The notes beneath the pieces were generated by a model. The model did not search any database. It saw nothing but the letters and a program-made list of their open reading frames with translations, and had not been told where the DNA came from. A stretch of DNA of 42,344 nucleotides from positions 1 through 42,344 of IMG/VR virus record IMGVR_UViG_3300008255_000041; one strand, written 5' to 3'. A program made the position numbers and the translations under genes. Below, in pieces: positions 18,887 through 25,182 of the stretch (positions are counted from its first letter, which is position 1; every line of letters starts with the position of its first letter). The DNA is from a virus. Taxonomy: Duplodnaviria; Caudoviricetes.

Positions 18887-19602
18887 GCGAGAAGTACATC
18901 AGCGCAGATACGGAGATCGCGCTACTGAAACACGCAAGAGCGATGGCGGGTAACGCGGAGAAGAAAACGATTGACGAAATCCTATGGGTTCTCGACAACG
19001 CACCCGCCGCAGACGTTGAGCCTGTCGTGCGGTGCGTGAAGTGCAAATATGGTACGCCACTCAAACGGAATGCTTGCGACGTTCATGGACTTCATTGCGC
19101 CATCGGACGCGGCGAAGAAGTGCGGAACGTTTGGCACAAATACAGCAAGCACTACGAGGACTATTCGCTTGTGGACGCAGACGGATTCTGCGATCAGGGC
19201 GAAGCCGGAGAGCCGAGCATGAAAGGAGCGGGAGCGGTGAGTGAGAAGATGACCACAAGTGAGCCGACCACGGGCGAGATCGTGCGGGCGTTAAGCGAGA
19301 TCGTTGATTGCGCATGGGACGCTTTCGCTTATGGTGATATATCGAAGCGCGTTCCGAAAGCGATTGCATCCGTAATATACGCTAAGAACCGCCTCGAAAG
19401 CCAAGAGCGGGAGAACGCGGACTTGCGAGAGACGCTAAAAATCACATGCGAGAATTGGAGCGCGGCATCGAAAGAAAAGAACGAGCAGATCGCCGCTCTG
19501 ACCGCCCGCGCAGAGCAAGCCGAGCGGGAACGGGATGCGGCGTATGAAAGAGGATTTGAAGCGGGAGAAGAGTTCGAGAGGATTTGTAATGAACCAGATT
19601 GA
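18883..19602 (+). CDS. Modular fusion protein (APAADVEPVVRC Zn module plus MTTSEPTTGEI module)
   Basis: GTG 18883 with RBS; internal RBS and start near 19237-19249. Confidence 0.6.
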   Translation: MSEKYISADTEIALLKHARAMAGNAEKKTIDEILWVLDNAPAADVEPVVRCVKCKYGTPLKRNACDVHGLHCAIGRGEEVRNVWHKYSKHYEDYSLVDADGFCDQGEAGEPSMKGAGAVSEKMTTSEPTTGEIVRALSEIVDCAWDAFAYGDISKRVPKAIASVIYAKNRLESQERENADLRETLKITCENWSAASKEKNEQIAALTARAEQAERERDAAYERGFEAGEEFERICNEPD

Positions 19603-19635
19603 GTGGCGCGGACTGCCGCAGGAAGGAGAGGGGTT

Positions 19636-20034
19636 ATGAGACGTAAATGTTTGTATAAAATATTCAACGCCGATGAATGGCGCGCGGGGTTTTGCTTACT
19701 GATAACTGGCGGGATGATGGACGGAGAAACGGCGGTCGTTGAGCAAATGGACGGAACGATGGTAAGCGTCATCATTGGGAAAGTGAAGTTCGACGATGCC
19801 CTTGTAGGGCAGGAAGGAGCGACCAACGGTGTGACGTTCGACAGAATCCGCGAACTCGCAGAAGCAGAGCGAGATGGCAGAATTGTGATTCACGCATACG
19901 GCACTGCGGCTTCGTGTTTCAGATGCCCAAACACACCAGTGCCAAAGATAGATGGTGCTTGTATGCGGTGCATCGACAATTCAACAGAAGCCCGCGCCCT
20001 AGCCGCCACCGAGCCGAAAGGAGACGCTACATGA
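19636..20034 (+). CDS. Modular hypothetical protein (contains a DRIRELAEAERDGRIV module)
   Basis: RBS lies inside repeat C; ATG 19636. Confidence 0.55.
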   Translation: MRRKCLYKIFNADEWRAGFCLLITGGMMDGETAVVEQMDGTMVSVIIGKVKFDDALVGQEGATNGVTFDRIRELAEAERDGRIVIHAYGTAASCFRCPNTPVPKIDGACMRCIDNSTEARALAATEPKGDAT

Positions 20035-20366
20035 ACCAAGAGATTCACGATCTCGCAGAACAGATTATCCTCGACGCGCTTTATCCGAAACAGATCAAGA
20101 AAGCAGCCGAGCGCATCATGGAGCTGAATGCGAAGTCCGACTGGACACCGTGCGCCGAGGGGCTTCCGACGAACTCTGCGCGATATAAAGTGACGTTGCA
20201 AGTCGGTAGCGAAGCAGGAACGTGGCTTGAAACCGCAATCATACCATATCGCTACTGTGATGGCGTGGGTGAATGGATTCTACCGAAATCGGATTGGCTG
20301 ATTTATGGCGTGATCGCGTGGACGAAAGCAGATGAACCGTGGACAGGAGGACTAGATGGAAAGTAA
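20031..20366 (+). CDS. DUF551-like protein
   Basis: WTPCAEGLP...YKVT...W...VIAW...EPW pattern. Confidence 0.6.
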   Translation: MNQEIHDLAEQIILDALYPKQIKKAAERIMELNAKSDWTPCAEGLPTNSARYKVTLQVGSEAGTWLETAIIPYRYCDGVGEWILPKSDWLIYGVIAWTKADEPWTGGLDGK

Positions 20367-20577
20367 GCTGATGCCGTGCCCGTTCTGCGGGAACGACGTT
20401 CAAATAGTGGACTTTGGGCACAAGCTATATAGACCAGCAAGGAATCATCCGCTCTGCGTCTATTGCGCAGATTGTGAGTTGTTGTTCGGATATGACGTTG
20501 ATTACGGTGGAATATTCGACACGAAAGAAGAAGCAACAAAAGCATGGAACAGGAGGAGCGCCGATGACCACAAATGA
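20356..20577 (+). CDS. Lar-family restriction alleviation-like Zn-finger protein
   Basis: LMPCPFCG...CADC...TKEEATKAWNRR. Confidence 0.75.
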   Translation: MESKLMPCPFCGNDVQIVDFGHKLYRPARNHPLCVYCADCELLFGYDVDYGGIFDTKEEATKAWNRRSADDHK

Positions 20578-21073
20578 GCCGACCACGGGCGAGATCACGT
20601 TTGGTGAAGTGTGGGAATTTCTTAGCGAGCACAGAGAACATAAAGTTCTTAGAAGCCGTATAACGTTGGGCGATATTCTGAACGACATGCTAAATTGCCA
20701 TCAAAAAGTCATCGACGCGAAAACCGAGATCGCCATTCTGACCGCCCGCGCAGAGCAAGCCGAGGCAGACATAAAGAAATTCGCACATACATCGCACACA
20801 TGCGGACACAACGAAAGCGGGCTTTGCAAGCTTGCCGCAGACGATCATGGTTTTTGTGAGAAATGCCCTGCATGGGAGTGGCGCGGACTGCCGCAGGAAG
20901 GAGAGGGGGAAATGAAATACAAGTGGATAGTTAAAACACTCACATCCAAAGGGTGGGTGGACGTGGCTTCTTACTCGCGTAAGAAAGACGCAAAGGAAGA
21001 CGCATGCTGGCATAACGACAATGGAGTTCCAGCAAAGGTTGAACGGGTTGAGCAGGACGGAGGCGCAGAATGA
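20564..21073 (+). CDS. Modular fusion protein (MTTNEPTTGEI...EWRGLPQEGEG plus MKYKW module)
   Basis: RBS AGGAGG; contains repeats A, B and C. Confidence 0.6.
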   Translation: MTTNEPTTGEITFGEVWEFLSEHREHKVLRSRITLGDILNDMLNCHQKVIDAKTEIAILTARAEQAEADIKKFAHTSHTCGHNESGLCKLAADDHGFCEKCPAWEWRGLPQEGEGEMKYKWIVKTLTSKGWVDVASYSRKKDAKEDACWHNDNGVPAKVERVEQDGGAE

Positions 21074-21444
21074 GCGAAATTCTAAAAGGGCTTGCAACCA
21101 GATTGCGAAACGGAGGGAACCCATACGGTGAATATCGAATACTGACTTTCACAACGCAAGAAATGAAAGAGCTTGCCGACCTACTCGATCCTCCCCCGCG
21201 ATTCAACGAGGCGCAGATGGCGCTATTCAAATCGTGGTATGACATAGGGGCGCGTTCGGCGAGGTTGGGACACGATTCGGATTTGGAAGATTGCCTGTGG
21301 TTCTATTCGTTCGGAGAGCCTATACAAGCGAACTATCGCATGGGGTACGTGAGACGTGCGTCGGTGATAGACGGATTAAACCTTGAAGGAAAAACGCTCG
21401 ACCTCGCGGAGCTGCTTGGAAAGGAAGGTGCGGATGGAAAATAA
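21070..21444 (+). CDS. Hypothetical protein
   Basis: RBS GGAGG; ATGA coupling. Confidence 0.6.
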   Translation: MSEILKGLATRLRNGGNPYGEYRILTFTTQEMKELADLLDPPPRFNEAQMALFKSWYDIGARSARLGHDSDLEDCLWFYSFGEPIQANYRMGYVRRASVIDGLNLEGKTLDLAELLGKEGADGK

Positions 21445-21633
21445 AATACTACCGCAATGTGAAACGTGCGACTTGCGGGGTTGTGAGACGATTATATGCA
21501 CGACGATGAACGCGCAACATGCGATCAGTTTGATTATAGCAGACTCTTGGGTTTTTAGAAGAGTTTACAACGACGGTACGCCGATAGCGGAACCAGACTG
21601 CTGGGCGTATGTTGCGAGAGAGGACGGCGCGGA

Positions 21634-21786
21634 GTGAAAAGTGATCCGGCTATTATTAAAGCAATCGTCGTTAATAACGCGATACCGCTGATTTGCTTCA
21701 CAGCGCTTGCAATAGTTTTTCAAAAATGGTGGATTGTGTTCTTTGCAATCATCTTTTGCGCGTGGGAAAGGAAGGACGCACAATGA
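21634..21786 (+). CDS. 50-aa membrane protein (not in ORF track)
   Basis: GTGA/ATGA coupling; LICFTALAIVFQKWWIVFFAII. Confidence 0.6.
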   Translation: MKSDPAIIKAIVVNNAIPLICFTALAIVFQKWWIVFFAIIFCAWERKDAQ

Positions 21787-21968
21787 ACCTAATCTGCAAG
21801 CTACTCGGTCATAAGTGGCGCGATACATCATACTGGGAGTTTAAGCGCGAGAACGAAAAACAACTTCGCAGGAAGATATCGCAGTGGAGTTGCGACAGGT
21901 GCGGAGAAACAGACGTTTTCAAAACAAATCGATGGCAACCAGATTTGCCTATTGACAAATACAAGTAA
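21783..21968 (+). CDS. DUF1660-like small phage protein
   Basis: MNLICKLLGHKW...CDRCG. Confidence 0.65.
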   Translation: MNLICKLLGHKWRDTSYWEFKRENEKQLRRKISQWSCDRCGETDVFKTNRWQPDLPIDKYK

Positions 21969-21981
21969 CCCGTGATATACT
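21952..21981 (+). promoter_or_regulatory. Strong sigma-A promoter of the ncRNA unit
   Basis: TTGACA, 18 bp spacer, TG-A-TATACT. Confidence 0.75.
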
Positions 21982-22073
21982 ACCATTACAGCGAACGGGT
22001 CAAAGACCCGAAAAACATAGCCGCGATGTTCTCGCCTTGTATCGAGTTTTGTAGCGGAAAACGAGAATTAATT

Positions 22074-22139
22074 TTGCGGCGGTGAATTTAACCGTATCGG
22101 ATGTGACAATCCGTAATCACGTGGAAGTCGTGACCGCAA
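22074..22139 (+). ncRNA. 66-nt tRNA-like cloverleaf (non-canonical)
   Basis: Closing stem TTGCGG/CCGCAA; arms CGGT/ACCG, CGGAT/ATCCG and TCACG-7nt-CGTGA, the last abutting the closing stem like a T arm. Confidence 0.55.
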
Positions 22140-22146
22140 TTAAGTT

Positions 22147-22311
22147 TGATCGTTTGCGCCGAGGTAGTAGATGCAGGAACAGCATCGGGGCACTCGGAAT
22201 TGCATTGGATGGCGGATAGACAGGGAACGCTCTGCTACGCGCGGAAAGCCCGTTCGACTCGGGCAGAAACCATCTGACGTACTAGACCGGAGCGAACGGG
22301 TACGGCGATCG
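22147..22311 (+). ncRNA. ~165-nt multibranch RNA containing a T-arm-like hairpin
   Basis: TGATCGT/GCGATCG closing stem; CCGAG/CTCGG, GATGC/GCATC, GGATGG/CCATCT, GCCCG-TTCGACT-CGGGC, CGTAC/GTACG. Confidence 0.5.
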
Positions 22312-22320
22312 ATTTTAAGT

Positions 22321-22485
22321 TTGTGCGGTGGCGGAATAGGTAGACGCTAACGACTAAGGTTGCCGACGATGGAAGGTGTTTCCACGTGGGACGCTACTAT
22401 GCAAAGTAGCTACGCCAAGCAATCATGATGCAAGGCGGCTGTGCAACCATGCGAGGTGACATTGCACAAATCCTCGCCCGCACAA
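22321..22485 (+). ncRNA. tRNA(Leu)-like RNA with the anticodon arm replaced by a ~90-nt branched domain
   Basis: Acceptor TTGTGCGG/CCGCACAA; D arm TGGCGGAATAGGTAGACGC; T stem GCGAGG/CCTCGC; insert closed by GGTTGC/GCAACC. Confidence 0.65.
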
Positions 22486-22541
22486 TATTCACCAGATAAA
22501 GCAATTTTACTGCTCTACGTGGAGCGAAAGGCGGGAGCGCA

Positions 22542-22646
22542 ATGAGTAAAATGGAACATTTCTTATTGTGGGTTCTGGTTGGATACCACGTGATTGATAT
22601 TGTATTTGGCATCATTTCAACAATTACGGGAATCCCGTATAAATAG
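22542..22646 (+). CDS. 34-aa hydrophobic peptide MSKMEHFLLWVLVGYHVIDIVFGIISTITGIPYK
   Basis: RBS-like AAAGGCGGGAG; AT-rich ORF between structured RNAs. Confidence 0.45.
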   Translation: MSKMEHFLLWVLVGYHVIDIVFGIISTITGIPYK

Positions 22647-22649
22647 CTT

Positions 22650-22860
22650 GGGCGTGATAAGGTATCGACGCGAATCAAAGCGCGTTATAAATTCCTAAGC
22701 TGGCTACAGTGCGCACGAGGGCAACGTTGAAACGCGCTTGTCCTGCCAGCGGGCGCGAGCTAATCCGCGGAAGAAAGCGACCGTGTGCGCTAGTCCCATC
22801 ATTTTTTAGTGCGGTGCGGGGATTCAATACCGCACTAAAAAATGATGGGACTAGCTCCCA
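22650..22860 (+). ncRNA. Degenerate, short tmRNA-like RNA
   Basis: 5' GGGCGTG-ATAA-GG-TATCGAC has tmRNA 5'-end spacing; internal stems; canonical 3' acceptor strand and CCA end absent. Confidence 0.4.
22789..22855. repeat. Perfect 27-bp inverted repeat with 13-nt loop
   Basis: GCTAGTCCCATCATTTTTTAGTGCGGT / ACCGCACTAAAAAATGATGGGACTAGC. Confidence 0.95.
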
Positions 22861-22863
22861 AAC

Positions 22864-22899
22864 AAAGAGCCGATAGCATATTGCGTCGGTTCTTTTCTT
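22864..22899 (+). terminator. Rho-independent terminator of the ncRNA unit
   Basis: AAAGAGCCGA...TCGGTTCTTT followed by T-rich tail. Confidence 0.7.
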
Positions 22900-22904
22900 G
22901 CTTC

Positions 22905-22933
22905 TTGACTTTAGCGCATTAAAGTGATAAAAT
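22905..22933 (+). promoter_or_regulatory. Sigma-A promoter upstream of the packaging module, with overlapping palindrome
   Basis: TTGACT, 17 bp spacer, TG-A-TAAAAT; ACTTTA-N6-TAAAGT. Confidence 0.65.
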
Positions 22934-22974
22934 GCAATAGAGATATTACGCGCGGAATAATCGAAAGGTGAGTA

Positions 22975-23379
22975 ATGATGGACTTGCGAGATAAGTTACC
23001 ATGCACAATTAACGTGCTTGAAACAATGTACCGCATAGAGTTGCGCAAATACGAAGATGATGCGTCGTTCGCTGAAGATGATTCAAACGCTTATTGCTAT
23101 TGCGATGCGTCGTTGATCGTTGTCGGTGACTTGAAAACGTTTCCTGCCGCTATTAACACTAAGTGCCACAAAGACGAGATTAACGCCGCGTGTTTAGTCG
23201 GAGAGTGCGCCGCATTGCGTCATGAAATTATCCATGCGTATCTAAACGAAAGCGGTTTACGTTGGGACGCGCACACATCTAACAAACCGTGGGCAAAAAA
23301 CGAAGAAATGATTGATTGGTTCGCTATACAATCACCGAAGATATTCAAGACATACTCTGAATTAGGGGTGCTGGAATGA
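22975..23379 (+). CDS. HExxH metallopeptidase-like phage protein
   Basis: LRHEIIHAYLNESGL...NEEMIDWFAIQ. Confidence 0.7.
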   Translation: MMDLRDKLPCTINVLETMYRIELRKYEDDASFAEDDSNAYCYCDASLIVVGDLKTFPAAINTKCHKDEINAACLVGECAALRHEIIHAYLNESGLRWDAHTSNKPWAKNEEMIDWFAIQSPKIFKTYSELGVLE

Positions 23380-23582
23380 AGAAAATTATCAAGTCGGTTT
23401 GCTTGAAACTATGGCAGTTGTTCGGTAAAAACGAACATGTGCCGTGTAGATGGTGCTTTCCTAATATTTCACCACTCTGCACAGAAGAATGTAGCGAGGC
23501 ATGTATCAAATACAATAGTACGCATTAACTATCCGGAATTTCCGGAACGTTGAACATGTAAGAAAGGCTTACAGGTTGAAGT

Positions 23583-23939
23583 ATGGCTGGTAAAGAAAAC
23601 ATCGAACCATATAAGTATAACGCGGAGAAAGCGCGGGAGGCTGGCAAGGTAGGCGGCGTTAAGAGTGGAGAGGCAAAGCGAGAAAAGAAGCTATTGCGGG
23701 AACTGCTCAACGAGCTAATGGAAAAAGAGAATCCGCTCATGCTAGACGAAAACGGCGATCCGATGACGAACGCCGCTATTATGGCTGTCAGGGCGATTGA
23801 GAAAGCATCCGAGGGCGATTGGAAAGCGTGGGAGCTTGTACGCGATACCGCCGGACAGAAGCCGATTGAAAAGATCATGGTGGCTGACGTTGACGCTGGA
23901 GTGGTTGAGCAGATTGAATCTATGGTACTTGGAAAATGA
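23583..23939 (+). CDS. terS: Putative terminase small subunit
   Basis: Position directly before terL; AREAGKVGGVKSGEAKR...GDWKAWELVRDTAGQKP. Confidence 0.65.
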   Translation: MAGKENIEPYKYNAEKAREAGKVGGVKSGEAKREKKLLRELLNELMEKENPLMLDENGDPMTNAAIMAVRAIEKASEGDWKAWELVRDTAGQKPIEKIMVADVDAGVVEQIESMVLGK

Positions 23940-25171
23940 CACGCGACGAAGCGGTCACGTTTCTGATTGAGCAACCGTACAAGCTGGGGCATCTAATCGG
24001 ATTCACGAAGCTCACAGAGACGCACAACCAATGGATCATCGATATGGTGCGTGGCAAAGAGGATCAGACGCTACAGGCGCACAGATCGAGCTATAAGACA
24101 ACGTGTGTATCTATCGCGCTTGCGTTGATTGTTGTGCTGATGCCGAGGCTACGAACGTTGTTCATGCGCAAGACGGACGCGGATATCAAAGAGATCATCC
24201 GGCAGGTGCGCAAGATACTAGAGAGCCAGCAGATGCAGTACTTTGTGCAGACCATCTACGGCGTTAAGCTGATACTCACAACGGCGACCGTGAACGAGTT
24301 AAGCACGAACCTGACGAACGATCCGCGCGGCACGCCACAGCTTACAGGGCTGGGCACGGGCGGTTCGCTCACTGGTAAGCATTTCGACCGTATATTCACG
24401 GACGATATCGTGAACATCCAAGACCGCGTGAGCAAGGCAGAGCGCGACCGGACGAAGATCATCTATCAGGAGTTGAGAAACATCCTGAATCGCGGCGGTA
24501 GGTTCTTCAACACGGGTACTCCGTGGCATAGGGATGATGCGTTCTCGCTTATGACAGAGCCTGAGCGGTTCGATTGCTACAGCACGGGATTGATCGATGC
24601 GGCAGAACTGGAGGTCATCAAGCACAATCTCACGCCGTCACTGTTCGCCGCCAACTACGAGTTGCGGCATATCGCGGCAGACGGGCAGTTGTTCACCGCT
24701 TCACCGAAGTTCGACAGCAATAAAGAATTGTTTGTCAACGGCGCGTGTCATATAGACTCTGGATATGGCGGCGATGACGCAACGGCTTGCACAATCGGCG
24801 TAAAGCGAGGCGACACGATATACGCTTACGGAATGAAGTTCACCAAGCATGTTGATTTTTGTCTCGCTGATATACTGGCTAAGTGTGACGAGCTGCGCGT
24901 TGGGTTAATCTTCTGCGAGTTGAACGGCGACAAAGGATATCTCGTGCAGGAAATCAGGCGGCTTGGGTATCGTTGTCAGGGATACAGCGAGAACACGAAC
25001 AAAGATCACAAGATTAAATCCCGACTGCGTAAGTGGTGGGATAAAATCGTCTGGCTAGAGGGCACAAGCAAGGAATACCTCAACGACATCATGGACTACA
25101 CCGAAGACGCGGAGCACGATGACTGCGCGGACAGTGCCGCGTCACTGGTAAGATACTTAGACAAGGAATGA
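23936..25171 (+). CDS. terL: Terminase large subunit
   Basis: AHRSSYKTT P-loop variant, TGKHFDRIFTDD, GTPWH, nuclease IDSGYGGDD...HDDCADS. Confidence 0.85.
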   Translation: MTRDEAVTFLIEQPYKLGHLIGFTKLTETHNQWIIDMVRGKEDQTLQAHRSSYKTTCVSIALALIVVLMPRLRTLFMRKTDADIKEIIRQVRKILESQQMQYFVQTIYGVKLILTTATVNELSTNLTNDPRGTPQLTGLGTGGSLTGKHFDRIFTDDIVNIQDRVSKAERDRTKIIYQELRNILNRGGRFFNTGTPWHRDDAFSLMTEPERFDCYSTGLIDAAELEVIKHNLTPSLFAANYELRHIAADGQLFTASPKFDSNKELFVNGACHIDSGYGGDDATACTIGVKRGDTIYAYGMKFTKHVDFCLADILAKCDELRVGLIFCELNGDKGYLVQEIRRLGYRCQGYSENTNKDHKIKSRLRKWWDKIVWLEGTSKEYLNDIMDYTEDAEHDDCADSAASLVRYLDKE

Positions 25172-25182
25172 GGATTTGAGAC

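Larger units (their letters stand above)
19248..20908 (+). repeat. Dispersed repeat set A/B/C (34, 38 and 33 bp) in two colinear copies
   Basis: A at 19248/20563 (1 mismatch), B at 19487/20727 (2 mismatches), C at 19601/20876 (identical); spacers between them are unrelated. Confidence 0.9.

Noticed and set aside
19248-20908. CRISPR array or attachment sites
   Set aside because: Three different repeats with two copies each, coding, irregularly spaced; no cas or integrase gene
21996-22067. Riboswitch at the start of the non-coding unit
   Set aside because: Only simple hairpins (CGGGTC/GACCCG, TTCTCG/CGAGAA); no aptamer consensus I can recognise
22074-22485. Calling functional tRNA genes
   Set aside because: No module has a canonical 7-nt anticodon loop with correct arm spacing; reported as tRNA-like ncRNAs instead
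22397-22678. 93-aa minus-strand ORF across the RNA array
   Set aside because: Antisense to a promoter-terminator unit, no clear RBS or recognisable motif, and overlaps structured RNAs
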